Assembly (NCBI GenBank): GCA_031272275.1
Contig: JAISUC010000012.1
Coordinates: 2,052-66,051, forward strand
Length of the DNA: 64,000 nucleotides
Direction: 5' to 3'
Source: Actinomycetes bacterium
Lineage (GTDB): Bacteria; Actinomycetota; Coriobacteriia; WRKU01; WQUG01
The notes under the pieces are model-generated. The model was not told where the DNA came from, ran no database searches, and saw nothing but the letters and a program-made list of their open reading frames with translations. Position 1 is the first letter of the stretch; every line of letters begins with the position of its first letter. The position numbers were made by a program, and so were the translations under genes. Positions 25,139 through 35,013 of the stretch are shown in pieces.

Positions 25139-26461
25139 ATGATGCAAACGATACGAAAACGGCAATTGACGGCGCTCTGGTTGCGCCTGCGGAAAAACGC
25201 CACGATGCTGGTCAGCGTCGTGGTGGGAGGGTGCGCGGTGGGCGCGCTGTTGGCGTTGTTTTTGTGGCTGCTGGACCGGGTGACCGCATTACGCGAACAG
25301 CACCTGTGGCTGATTGCGCTGTTGCCGGTGGTTGCGGTGGCGACCGTCTGGGTCTACAAGCGCATCGGGAAGGCCGCCGAACGCGGCGTGAATCTGGCTA
25401 TCGAATCGGTCCACGGCGCCCGCTATCTGCCGGCGCGCATGGTGGTGCTGGCATTTCTGTTTTCGCTGCTGACGCACCTGACGGGCGGTTCGGCCGGCCG
25501 CGAAGGCGTCGGCGTGCAAATCGGCGCCGCCTTCATGCACAAGGTCTCGCGCCTGCTGGGTCTGAAACACGATATGCGCCGCCTGTTCACACTGGCCGGG
25601 GTCTCTGCCGGATTCGCCGCGATATTCGGGACGCCCTTTGCCGGTGCGTTTTTCGGCCTGGAAATGGCTTACGTCGGAAAGCTCAGCTACGAGGCCATCC
25701 TGCCCTGTTTTCTGGCGTCCTATTCGGCGGCGATCACCACATCGCTGTTGGGGGTCAGTCACCACGAGCCGGCACTCAGTATCCCGACGCACATCGACGC
25801 GCGCCTGATTGCGGTCGTAATACTGGCGGCCATCATCGTCGGTATCGTGGCGCGCCTGTTCATTTTGTGCGTCCATCGCCTGAAAGACTTCATGTCCGAT
25901 CGCGTACCGAACCACCTGTTGCGCGCAGCCCTGCTGGGCGTTGTGCTGGCGGCGCTGATCCTGGTCTTTCGCTGGGAACGCTACGCCGGGCTGTCGGTCT
26001 GGATGGCAGAAGCCGGCTTTGCCGGACAGACCACCATCCGCGACGCCGCCGTTAAATTTCTGCTGACGGTCCTTACCTTAGGGGTCGGTCTGCAGGGCGG
26101 CGAGGTCACGCCGATGTTCGGCATCGGTGCGGCGCTGGGGGGTGCCTTAGGCGTACTGTTCGGGGTGGATCCTGCGCTGCTCGCGGGACTTGCGATGATC
26201 ACCGTGTTCGGGTCGGCGGCAAACACGCCGCTTACGACCATCGCGCTGGGAATCGAGCTTTTCGGCACCAAAGGACTGCCCTATTACATCGCGTTTGCCC
26301 TGATAGCCTGGCTCTTGGTCGGCAACCACAGCCTGTATTCGTCACAGATCATCGTGACCTCGAAATACCAAAGCCAGCGCTACTTGCGCCACCGCAGCAT
26401 GACCGACGCCGCCGGTAGCGGTCGGCTGATCGGCTTATGGCATCGGCGCAGAGACGATTAG
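25139..26461 (+). CDS. ClC-family voltage-gated chloride channel / H+-Cl- antiporter
   Basis: ClC selectivity motifs GSAGREGVGVQIGAA and FGTPFAGAFFGLEM. About 10 TM segments. Confidence 0.85.
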   Translation: MMQTIRKRQLTALWLRLRKNATMLVSVVVGGCAVGALLALFLWLLDRVTALREQHLWLIALLPVVAVATVWVYKRIGKAAERGVNLAIESVHGARYLPARMVVLAFLFSLLTHLTGGSAGREGVGVQIGAAFMHKVSRLLGLKHDMRRLFTLAGVSAGFAAIFGTPFAGAFFGLEMAYVGKLSYEAILPCFLASYSAAITTSLLGVSHHEPALSIPTHIDARLIAVVILAAIIVGIVARLFILCVHRLKDFMSDRVPNHLLRAALLGVVLAALILVFRWERYAGLSVWMAEAGFAGQTTIRDAAVKFLLTVLTLGVGLQGGEVTPMFGIGAALGGALGVLFGVDPALLAGLAMITVFGSAANTPLTTIALGIELFGTKGLPYYIAFALIAWLLVGNHSLYSSQIIVTSKYQSQRYLRHRSMTDAAGSGRLIGLWHRRRDD

Positions 26462-26497
26462 CCGGCGACTAGCCGACTGTTGGCCGACGATACCTCC

Positions 26498-29400
26498 CTA
26501 ACCGACCGTAGAAGCCGTTGAAACGCTGTCCTGTTTGCGGGTGCCGGTGGCTGCCAGCATCAGCTTGATGCGGTTCAGCTGGTTGACCTCGCTGGCACCC
26601 GGATCGTAATCGATGGCGACGATACCCACCTCGGGGTGCATCCGCTGCAGTTTCCGGAACATGCCCTTGCCGGTCACGTGATTCGGCAGACAGGCGAACG
26701 GCTGCGCGCACACCACCGACGACACGCCCGATTCGATCAGCTCCAGAATCTCTGCGGTCAACAACCATCCCTCGCCGGCACGGTTGCCCAATGACACGAC
26801 CTCTTGTGCCAGCTGAATCATATGCGGAATGTTTCCCGGCTTATAGTAATCGACGCGTGCCGCCTCCATGGCTTTGATGACCGGCTTGCGATACAGCTCC
26901 AGCACCCAGCCCACGCCGCGCTTGAAATGGCGCGACTGCTTGCCGATACCCAGGTTTTCCCAGTCCCATTCGGTGGTGTAAAAGTTCTTACAGAAAAACT
27001 CCATCAAACCGGGCACAGCTACCTCGCAGCCCTCGGCCTCGATGACGTCAACCAGGTTATTGTTCGCATCCGGGTGAAACTTCACCAGTATCTCGCCGAC
27101 GATTCCCACGCGCGGTTTGCGGGCAATGTCGCGCACCTCCAGCGCATCGAAATCGGCGATCAGCTCGTCTATCAGCCCGCGATAACTCGCACGGTAACTG
27201 CCGCTCAAATAGTCTCGGCAGTTCCGGTCCCATTTCCGGTACAGCTCCATCGTGGCGCCGGGGACTGCCTCGTACGGGCGCTGGCGCAACACCACCGACT
27301 GCAACAAATCCCCCAGACAGACCGCCTGCATCACCCGATGCAGCATGCGTGCCGATATCTTGAAGCCCGGGTTTTTCTCCAAGCCCTGCACCGATACCGC
27401 CAACACCGGTACCTGTCCATAGCCGGCCTCTGCCAGGGCTTTGCGCAACAGCGACACATAGTTGGTGGCGCGACACATCCCGCCGGTCTGCGTGATGGCG
27501 ACCGAAGTGTTGTCCGGGTCGTACTGTCCCGATTCGAATGCGCGTACCAGCTGTCCCACAACCATAATCGCCGGGTAACAGGCATCATTGTGTACCGTGC
27601 GCAGCCCCACCTCGACGTCTGCCGGGCTTGCGTGTTTCAGGATCTCCAGCCGGTAGCCTCCCGCACGAAACGCCGCCTCGATCAGCGAGAACTGCACCGG
27701 CGCCATTTGCGGGGCGATAATTGTGTGCTGCGCGCGCATCTCACGGGTAAAGGGGCGGCGTTCGCGCGTATAGGGCTCGAAATCCTCGCTGCTACAGGGC
27801 AGGCGCTCTTCGGCGGCGGCAGCCAGCGAACGCAGGCGGATACGCGCCGTCCCCAAGTTCGAGACCTCGTCGATTTTCAGCGCCGTATAGACCTTTCCCT
27901 GCGCCCGCAGGATTTCTGCGACCTGGTCTGCCGTCACGGCATCCAACCCGCAACCAAAGCTGTTCAGCTGCACCAGTTCCAGGTTCGGGTATTTTCCGAT
28001 GGCATCCGCCGCCGCATACAGACGGCTGTGATACGCCCACTGATCGTGCACGCGCAAGGGCCGCTGCAGGTCCGCCTCTGCGACCAGGCAGTCCTCGCTC
28101 AGCACCGCCATCCCCATCGAACAAATCAGCTCGGGGATGCCGTGGTGGACTTCCGGATCGATATGGTACGGGCGTCCCGCCAACACGACACCGCGCCCGC
28201 CGCGCGCGGCCAGCTCGTCCAAAGCCTCGCGCCCGGCAGCCCGCACATCGGCGTGATAGCGTTCCTGTTCCTCGTATCCCGCCTGGACCGCCGCCCGCGC
28301 CTCGTCAGCCGTCACGTTCCAGTCGGCAAAGACCTCAACCAGACGCTCCGCCAGCTTATCCGGGTTCGCCAGGTTCACGAACGGTTTCAGCAAACGCACG
28401 CCCTGTTCATGCAGACTGGGCATATTCGCATCAATTACCTGCGGGTATTGCGCCACCACCGGACAGTTGTAGTGGTTGTCGGCCCCTTCCACCAGTTCGC
28501 GTTCGTAACTGACGGACGGATACCAAATGGTACGCACGCCGCGCTCGACCAGCTGCTCGATATGACCGTGCACCAGTTTCGCCGGATAGCAGATGTTTTC
28601 AGAAGCAATCGTGTTCATGCCGGCCTCGAACAGGCGATGACTGGACCTGCCCGACAGCACCACGCGAAAGCCCAGTTGCGACAACACGGTAAACCACAGC
28701 GGATAGTTCTCGTACATATTCAGTACGCGCGGCACTCCGATGTCCCCGCGCGGACAGACCTCGCCGGGTGCCTGCCGGTACGCAAACACGCGGTGATACT
28801 TGTAATAGTACAGGTTCGGCAGGTCGCTCCGGTCGCCACCCGATTCGCTCAGCCCTCGGTCGCAGCGGTTGCCGGTCACATAGCGTCCGCCGTCCGGGAA
28901 TTCGTTGATGGTGCGCTTGCAGTGGTTCGGGCACAGGCGGCAGACACTCTGGTGGCTTTTAACCGTCAGCGCCTCCAACTGTTCTTGGGGGAGCATGGTC
29001 GACACGCCGCCGGCAGCCTGTCGGTCACGCGCGATTAACGCGGCCCCGAACGCGCCCATCAGCTCGGCGATATCGGGACGCGCGACCTCGATGCCGCATA
29101 CCAGCTCGAACGCGCGCAGGACCGCGTCGTTTTTGAAGGTCCCGCCCTGCACCATAACGCGCGGACCCAACTGTTTGGGGTCACGCATCTTAATTACCTT
29201 GTACAAGGCATTGCGCACGACCGAATACGACAGTCCCGCCGCAATATCGCCCAGACCGGCGCCTTCTTTCTGGGCCTGTTTGACCGACGAGTTCATAAAC
29301 ACCGTGCAGCGCGATCCCAAATCGACCGGAGAGGCCGAGGAAACGGCGGCGCTGACGAAGTCGTCCAGGGTGACTCCCAATGATTTTGAAAAGGTCTCGA

Positions 29401-30754
29401 GAAATGATCCGCAGCCCGACGAACAGGCCTCGTTCACGCAGATGCTGTCGATGGCGCCGTCGACGATCGACAGGTATTTCATGTCCTGGCCGCCGATGTC
29501 GATAACCGCCGTCACGCCGTCATACAGCTGGTTTGCCGCGCGGAAATGCGCCATCGTTTCGACCTCGCCGGTGTCGGCGTGCAGTGCCGCGCGCAACAGG
29601 CCCTCGCCGTAACCGGTCACACAGCTGCCGGCGATGGTGGCGCGCGGGGGCAGTTGCCTGCGGATTTTCGTCACGATGCGCGCGGCGGCTTTGACTGGAT
29701 CGCCGCCGTTCGAGGTATAGGCGCTGTACAAAATCCGCAGTTGATCGTCCAGCAGGACGGCCTTCATCGTGGTCGAACCGGCGTCGATTCCCAGAAACAC
29801 CGGACCGGACGCGTATGCGATGTCCAGACGCGGTGCGGTCAAGGCGGCGTGGCGTTCCTGAAACGCGGCGTGTTCGGCGTCATCGGCAAACAGCGGACGC
29901 AGGACGGGGACTGTGCGCTGATCGGCGTCTTTCGGGCGTAGCTCGCAGGCGCGCGCCGCCAGGTCGGTCAGCGCGATTTCTGCGCCGTCCGCCAGCTGTG
30001 CCGCACCCCACGCAACCAGCAGCTGGGCGTTATCCGGCAGAATCAACCGTGTCGTTTCGCCGGGCAGGGCGCGGGCGAACGCCGCGCGCAGCTCGGACAG
30101 GAAATACAGCGGACCGCCCAGCAGCAACACCCGCCCGCCGATGGGGCGTCCGCATGCCAGTCCCGCGATAGTCTGCGTGGCTACCGCCTGAAAAATCGAT
30201 GCCGCCAGATCCTCACGCCGCGCTCCGTCGTTCAACAGCGGTTGCAAGTCCGATTTCGCAAACACCCCACAACGCGACGCGATGGGGTACAAAGTCCGGT
30301 ACCGCGCCGCCAGATCGTTCAGACCGGCGGCGTCGGTACCTAACAGCGTGGCCATTTGATCGATAAAGGCACCCGTGCCCCCGGCACAGGTCCCGTTCAT
30401 ACGTTGTTCGGGAATCGCATCCAGATAGATGATTTTGGCGTCTTCGCCCCCCAGCTCGATCACCAGGTCGGCGTCCGGATCCAGCTGTTGGACCGCGGCG
30501 GTTTCGGCAATCACTTCCTGGACAAAGCCGACGTCGATGCGCTCCGCCAAGCCCAGCCCCGCAGACCCGGTGATCGCGACACGCGCGGTCTGTCCGGGAA
30601 ACGCTGCGTCAATTTCCGCCGACAAAGCCGCGAGTTCCGCCTGAATGTCGGCGTTGTGGCGCCGATAGGCGCTGAATAACAATTGATCGGCGTCCGCGTC
30701 CAGCACGACCGCCTTTATCGTGGTTGACCCTATGTCCAGTCCCAGCCGCAGAAT
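26498..30754 (-). CDS. Giant fusion protein of 2-hydroxyacyl-CoA dehydratase-type activase (BadF/BadG/BcrA/BcrD ATPase) and dehydratase HgdB-like domains (about 1400 aa)
   Basis: Two activase ATPase modules (DIGSTTIK, GIDAGSTTMK, IDIGGQD) plus Cys-containing dehydratase-like domains. The first canonical start (GTG 30706) lies after the conserved LGLDIGSTTIK phosphate-binding motif, so initiation is probably at ATT (30754) or CTG (30751), with AAGGAG at 30765-30770. Confidence 0.75.
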   Translation of the reverse strand: MLRLGLDIGSTTIKAVVLDADADQLLFSAYRRHNADIQAELAALSAEIDAAFPGQTARVAITGSAGLGLAERIDVGFVQEVIAETAAVQQLDPDADLVIELGGEDAKIIYLDAIPEQRMNGTCAGGTGAFIDQMATLLGTDAAGLNDLAARYRTLYPIASRCGVFAKSDLQPLLNDGARREDLAASIFQAVATQTIAGLACGRPIGGRVLLLGGPLYFLSELRAAFARALPGETTRLILPDNAQLLVAWGAAQLADGAEIALTDLAARACELRPKDADQRTVPVLRPLFADDAEHAAFQERHAALTAPRLDIAYASGPVFLGIDAGSTTMKAVLLDDQLRILYSAYTSNGGDPVKAAARIVTKIRRQLPPRATIAGSCVTGYGEGLLRAALHADTGEVETMAHFRAANQLYDGVTAVIDIGGQDMKYLSIVDGAIDSICVNEACSSGCGSFLETFSKSLGVTLDDFVSAAVSSASPVDLGSRCTVFMNSSVKQAQKEGAGLGDIAAGLSYSVVRNALYKVIKMRDPKQLGPRVMVQGGTFKNDAVLRAFELVCGIEVARPDIAELMGAFGAALIARDRQAAGGVSTMLPQEQLEALTVKSHQSVCRLCPNHCKRTINEFPDGGRYVTGNRCDRGLSESGGDRSDLPNLYYYKYHRVFAYRQAPGEVCPRGDIGVPRVLNMYENYPLWFTVLSQLGFRVVLSGRSSHRLFEAGMNTIASENICYPAKLVHGHIEQLVERGVRTIWYPSVSYERELVEGADNHYNCPVVAQYPQVIDANMPSLHEQGVRLLKPFVNLANPDKLAERLVEVFADWNVTADEARAAVQAGYEEQERYHADVRAAGREALDELAARGGRGVVLAGRPYHIDPEVHHGIPELICSMGMAVLSEDCLVAEADLQRPLRVHDQWAYHSRLYAAADAIGKYPNLELVQLNSFGCGLDAVTADQVAEILRAQGKVYTALKIDEVSNLGTARIRLRSLAAAAEERLPCSSEDFEPYTRERRPFTREMRAQHTIIAPQMAPVQFSLIEAAFRAGGYRLEILKHASPADVEVGLRTVHNDACYPAIMVVGQLVRAFESGQYDPDNTSVAITQTGGMCRATNYVSLLRKALAEAGYGQVPVLAVSVQGLEKNPGFKISARMLHRVMQAVCLGDLLQSVVLRQRPYEAVPGATMELYRKWDRNCRDYLSGSYRASYRGLIDELIADFDALEVRDIARKPRVGIVGEILVKFHPDANNNLVDVIEAEGCEVAVPGLMEFFCKNFYTTEWDWENLGIGKQSRHFKRGVGWVLELYRKPVIKAMEAARVDYYKPGNIPHMIQLAQEVVSLGNRAGEGWLLTAEILELIESGVSSVVCAQPFACLPNHVTGKGMFRKLQRMHPEVGIVAIDYDPGASEVNQLNRIKLMLAATGTRKQDSVSTASTVG

Positions 30755-31070
30755 ACGCGTACACTCCTTTTGCCTTGCAACCGACGAATCGGTTTTCTTA
30801 AAACGGTTTCCTTAAATCAGTTCCCTGTGGACAACCGGGCGTCCGGGTACCACTACTCGGTAACAAACATACCTTCCTCACCGATTCTGCGTCAAACAAA
30901 AGCTATTTGTCCGATACGAACCGTGATTTGTTCAATTTGGTGGTTCATAGTGACAATTCTGTGTTGTTGCAAAAAACGGGGGGAGTCGAAGCTCTGACCC
31001 GTGTCTTACTACCCATAAGGTGAAACCGTGCGTGGGGACTTACAAAAGCGGGGAGCTGTAAGCTCATCTC

Positions 31071-31100
31071 CCTAAAAAACGAGGGAGCTCTCGCTCCCTC
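31071..31100 (-). terminator. Rho-independent terminator on the minus strand (GAGGGAGC-GAGA-GCTCCCTC plus T-tract) downstream of tRNA-Arg
   Basis: Read directly. Confidence 0.6.
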
Positions 31101-31114
31101 TGGACTCTTTCAAG

Positions 31115-31191
31115 TGGTGCGCCCAGCAGGATTCGAACCTGCGGCGTTCTGATTCGTAGTCAGACCCTCTATCCAGCTGAGGTATGGGCGC
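31115..31191 (-). tRNA. tRNA-Arg (anticodon ACG), 77 nt with encoded CCA
   Basis: The reverse complement gives a GCGCCCA acceptor stem, anticodon loop CTACGAA, T-arm GCAGGTTCGAATCCTGC. Confidence 0.9.
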
Positions 31192-31323
31192 ACGTACGCG
31201 ACGGTTAAACGCGAGTTACCATAATGCCACCACAAGGGGGTCCACGTCAAGAACTTTTTTTCCCAACTCGAATTCAGGGCTTGCGTCCATGCTTGCGGGT
31301 CCTGTGGGCAGCATCCACCGATG

Positions 31324-31460
31324 CCATTGCGAGGGCGGCGGTTTTTGCCGCCCGCGGCAATACAGCGTGTGTGTGACATCACCCCGCGAACGTCATTGCG
31401 AGTGTTGCGTTCTTTGCGACACGCGGCAATACATGCGGGGCGGGTGGACACCCGCCCCGG
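31324..31460 (+). repeat. Two tandem family 2 REP-like units (CCATTGCGAG-GGCGGCGGTTTTTGCCGCCC-GCGGCAATAC ... CATCACCCCGCGAACGTCATTGCGAG...GCGGCAATAC) followed by a perfect GGGGCGGGTG/CACCCGCCCC hairpin
   Basis: Read directly. Homologous to 1973-2049, 3803-3838 and 50551-50595. Confidence 0.6.
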
Positions 31461-31607
31461 ATCAATGACTCGGATGCGCATTCTTGCACACACCTAGGCT
31501 TTGGGTCTCGATTGCCGGACGCCCCGTAGCGCGCCACTCTTGTGGCACCGTCGAGCGCCGGATCCTGATGGACTTCGAGTTTAAGAAAGTCTTAAGAAAG
31601 ATTTAAG

Positions 31608-31640
31608 CCCCCCTTAAGGAAACCTTAAGGGGGGTTTTCT
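31608..31640 (+). terminator. Strong rho-independent terminator (12-bp stem CCCCCCTTAAGG / CCTTAAGGGGGG, loop AAA, then TTTTCT)
   Basis: Read directly. No annotated plus-strand gene lies upstream of it. Confidence 0.6.
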
Positions 31641-31703
31641 ATCATCGCCTCTGCGAACAGACACCGAACGTGTCGACCGACCGTAACGACCGAACGTGGC
31701 CGA

Positions 31704-32288
31704 ATGCGTCGAGCGAACACGATTACCGAAAGGGGCGTTGCCGTGAAAGGCTTTACCAGTGACCCAAACCGCAGAAAAACCCTCATCGCCTTGGCGTGCG
31801 GTGTGTTGGCGGCCCTCTGCGTGACGCTCTATAACGCCTCACAGGCGGCCGCCTATAACCGGGCACGCGCGCAGCTGGCTGCCGGCGCGACTGCCGGACA
31901 CGTTGACACGTCGGCCGGCACGACAGACACCGCCGGGTATGGCGACGGTGTGCAGACATCCGACTCCCCCGCAACAGATCCCATATTTGCGACGCTGGAT
32001 ACGGGCATGACCGCCGTGACCCTGTCGACCGACGCCGTGCATGCGTTGGGCGGACAGTTGGCGGCCGACATGCGGGTGACTTTGATGGGTGCGTTGGATG
32101 ACGGGCGGGTTGCGGATTTGGCGCGCGACGTGCGGGTGTTGGCGACGGACGGCGCGGGCAGCGCGGTCAGCACCGTGACTTTGGCGATTCCCGACGGGCA
32201 GGTGTCACAGATTTTGGCCGCGGCGAATGCGAACACGGTCTATTTGGTCTATCCCGGGACGTTCGACGGCGTCGAGGACGCGCAGTGA
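31704..32288 (+). CDS. cpaB: CpaB/RcpC-like Flp pilus assembly protein (short form)
   Basis: N-terminal TM anchor then a Thr/Ala-rich region and a C-terminal beta-clip/SAF-like region. First gene of the tad locus. Alternative GTG start at 31743 with GAAAGGGG RBS. Confidence 0.5.
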   Translation: MRRANTITERGVAVKGFTSDPNRRKTLIALACGVLAALCVTLYNASQAAAYNRARAQLAAGATAGHVDTSAGTTDTAGYGDGVQTSDSPATDPIFATLDTGMTAVTLSTDAVHALGGQLAADMRVTLMGALDDGRVADLARDVRVLATDGAGSAVSTVTLAIPDGQVSQILAAANANTVYLVYPGTFDGVEDAQ

Positions 32289-33592
32289 TGCCCGATCTGT
32301 TTGGGGATAGTGCCGTCGGAGCCACGCCGGGTGCCGATGAACGCTGGGATTTGGTTGTTGTCAGTTCCGACCGGCGTTTTCCGCTGGATGTGACTGCGCT
32401 GATGCGCCGGGGTGTGGTGCGTATTGCACGGACCTTTTATTCCGGGGCGGAATGTCTGCGGGCGCTGGAACTGGAGGACGCAGGTACGGCTGGTGCCGGA
32501 GGCGGGGGCGGGGTCTGCCGGGTGGTGCTGATTGACGGCATCGTGTCCGATATCGCGCCGAACAATCTGTGTGATGCCCTGCGTCGTCGATGTGCGACGG
32601 CTGCGGTGGTCATGGTTATCGAAGAGCGCGACGTCGCATCCGTCGAGCGCGCCATGCGTGCCGGTGCCGCCGCAACCATCGCGCGCCACGCCGGGCTGGA
32701 GGAACTGCACGAGGTGGTCTGCCGCGTCATCGAACGGCAGCGGGGATTCGCCGGCGGCAGTGCGGGGGTGGGTGCGCATGCGCTGCATTATGGGACTGAC
32801 GGGGTGTTTGTGCCGGTGGTGGGTTCGCGCGGCGGTGCGGGCAGGTCGACCATTGCGGCGGGGCTCGCGTTGCTGGCGGCTGAACGCGGGGTGGACGTGG
32901 CCTTGCTGGACGCCGATTTGCAGTTCGGTGACATGGGGTTTTTGTTCGGTGCACGCATGCACGCGACGCTGCTGGAACTGGATCGGGCTTTGACGTCGGG
33001 TGGCGTGTCCGCGCGCAGTTTCGGCTTGGCGGTCGACGAGCATCTGACGCTGTACATTCCCCAGACTGAACCGGAAAAAGAAGATCTGCTGACCGGGCGG
33101 ATGCAGCCGATTTGCGAGGCGCTGCGTTGCGAACACCAGCTGGTGATTGCAAATTCCTGCTCGCACTGGACGGTTGCAACCGGAGAGCTGGTCGAGGCCG
33201 CGGATCTGGCGTTGGTCGTCTGCGATCGCACGATGATCGGCATGCGTGCGACTAAGAGCCTGTTCGGGATGTTGCGGCGACTGGGGATTGCGCGCGCAAA
33301 GTTGGTGACGGTGATGAACCGTGCCGACGGCAGCCAGATGAGCACCGATGAAGCCCGCGAGCTGTTGTCGGTCGACGAACTGCAGCTGGTACGCGAGCTG
33401 ACGGGACGCGAAAAGCGTCTGCTGGACTATGCGGAGTTGCGGGAATTATTTGATCGTCCCGGTCAGTTGGCGGCCGACCTGGCGCTGCTGCTGGACGAGG
33501 TGGCATCCCGCAGCAGTCTGAATATCGCAGGCGTCGGTCTGGTTCGTCAGAGCATGCAGCAAACGCGGCACCTGTTTAGGAGGAATCGATGA
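32285..33592 (+). CDS. tadZ: TadZ/CpaE-family pilus assembly ATPase-like protein (receiver-like N-domain plus MinD/ParA-like domain)
   Basis: Deviant Walker A VVGSRGGAGRSTIAAGLA and the LDADLQFGD motif typical of CpaE/TadZ. Confidence 0.75.
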   Translation: MMPDLFGDSAVGATPGADERWDLVVVSSDRRFPLDVTALMRRGVVRIARTFYSGAECLRALELEDAGTAGAGGGGGVCRVVLIDGIVSDIAPNNLCDALRRRCATAAVVMVIEERDVASVERAMRAGAAATIARHAGLEELHEVVCRVIERQRGFAGGSAGVGAHALHYGTDGVFVPVVGSRGGAGRSTIAAGLALLAAERGVDVALLDADLQFGDMGFLFGARMHATLLELDRALTSGGVSARSFGLAVDEHLTLYIPQTEPEKEDLLTGRMQPICEALRCEHQLVIANSCSHWTVATGELVEAADLALVVCDRTMIGMRATKSLFGMLRRLGIARAKLVTVMNRADGSQMSTDEARELLSVDELQLVRELTGREKRLLDYAELRELFDRPGQLAADLALLLDEVASRSSLNIAGVGLVRQSMQQTRHLFRRNR

Positions 33593-35013
33593 CAAAACTG
33601 ATGGAACGGATTCGGCAGCAGGCGTCGCCGGTTGCCGGTGCCGGGCGAGCGGATGCAGACGGGAACGTGCGGCTGCGCGAGCAGCTGCGGATGCAGCTGT
33701 ACCGCACGCTGCCGCCGACCCGTATTGCCGAGCTGCTGGCGGAAAACCCCGTTCTGGCGCGCGGCGAAGTCGAGAGCATCCTGTCACAGCAGGTTGTGCG
33801 TATCACGGCACAGGCGGGCTGTCCGCAGTTGTCGCGCGCAGAGCGTGATGCGGCGGTTGCGGCAGTCGTCAGCGAGGTGTTGGGTCTGGGTCCCATTGAC
33901 CGACTGTTGGCGGATCCGACGATTGACGAGGTCATGGTGAACGGTCCGGACCGTGTTTTTTACGAGCGCGCAGGTAAACTGTTGCCGGCAAACGAGACCT
34001 TCAGCAGCGAGGAACAGCTGCGCGGGGTGATCGATCGCATCATCAGTCCGCTGGGACGCCGTATCGATGAACAATCCCCGATGGTAAATGGTCGCTTGGC
34101 GTCGGGCCATCGCGTAAACGCGGTCATTCCGCCGGTGTCATTGACCGGGCCGCTGCTGACCATCCGCAAATTCCGCGAGCGCATCTACAGCTTAGACGAG
34201 CTGGTCGCCGCCGGTTCGGTCGCGCCCGCGGTTGCCCAACTGTTGCGCTGGGCCGTGGCGGCGCGCAAAAACATCGCCGTCAGCGGGGGTACGGGCAGCG
34301 GCAAAACGACGCTGCTCAATGCTCTGTCGCTGGAAATCGGGGTGGATGAACGGATTGTTACCATCGAGGATTCTGCGGAACTGCGCTTTCAGGGACATCC
34401 GCACGTGTTGCGGCTGGAGGCACGCACTGCAAACCTGGAGGGCAAAGGTGCCATCACCATACGCGATTTGGTAATCAACAGTTTGCGCATGCGTCCTGAT
34501 CGCATTATCGTGGGCGAGGTGCGCGGGGCAGAGGCATTGGAAATGCTCCAGGCGATGAATACCGGACACGACGGGTCGCTGACCACGCTGCACGCCAACG
34601 AGCCGCGCGAGGTCATCACGCGTCTGGTCACCATGGTGGGCTATGGTGTCGACTTGCCGCTGTACCAGGTACAGTCCCAGATTGCCGCGGCTTTCGACCT
34701 GATTGTGCACCTATCGCGCATGGCGGACGGCACACGGCGCATCACGCATGTTGACGAGCTCTGCGCGCTGCACGCCGGGACCGACGCGCAGGGTACGGCA
34801 GTCGCGCCGGGAGGGCAGGGTATGAGTGCCGGCGCTTCCCCCTTCCACCTGAAACCGCTCTATCGCCTGCAGGCGACCGGGCGCGAAACGGATGGACGGG
34901 TGACGGCCGAACACCGACTGCAGGCAGCCCCCGCATTCATGGGCGAATTGGTGAATGCGGGGCTTGCCGACGAATGCGACGTCGCGCGCTGGATGGAGCA
35001 GCTGTCATGTTGA
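33589..35013 (+). CDS. tadA: CpaF/TadA secretion ATPase (type II/IV secretion NTPase family)
   Basis: Walker A GGTGSGKTTLLNAL, Asp box, Walker B IIVGEVRG, His box. AGGAGGAA RBS. Confidence 0.9.
   Translation: MTKLMERIRQQASPVAGAGRADADGNVRLREQLRMQLYRTLPPTRIAELLAENPVLARGEVESILSQQVVRITAQAGCPQLSRAERDAAVAAVVSEVLGLGPIDRLLADPTIDEVMVNGPDRVFYERAGKLLPANETFSSEEQLRGVIDRIISPLGRRIDEQSPMVNGRLASGHRVNAVIPPVSLTGPLLTIRKFRERIYSLDELVAAGSVAPAVAQLLRWAVAARKNIAVSGGTGSGKTTLLNALSLEIGVDERIVTIEDSAELRFQGHPHVLRLEARTANLEGKGAITIRDLVINSLRMRPDRIIVGEVRGAEALEMLQAMNTGHDGSLTTLHANEPREVITRLVTMVGYGVDLPLYQVQSQIAAAFDLIVHLSRMADGTRRITHVDELCALHAGTDAQGTAVAPGGQGMSAGASPFHLKPLYRLQATGRETDGRVTAEHRLQAAPAFMGELVNAGLADECDVARWMEQLSC

Noticed and set aside
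26804-29038. 744-aa ORF antisense to the giant activase/dehydratase gene
   Set aside because: No motifs. The opposite strand carries conserved ATPase and dehydratase motifs throughout.
31110-31493. ORFs of 127 and 94 aa overlapping tRNA-Arg and the REP-like units
   Set aside because: They overlap a tRNA and repeats and are Cys/Arg-rich artefacts.
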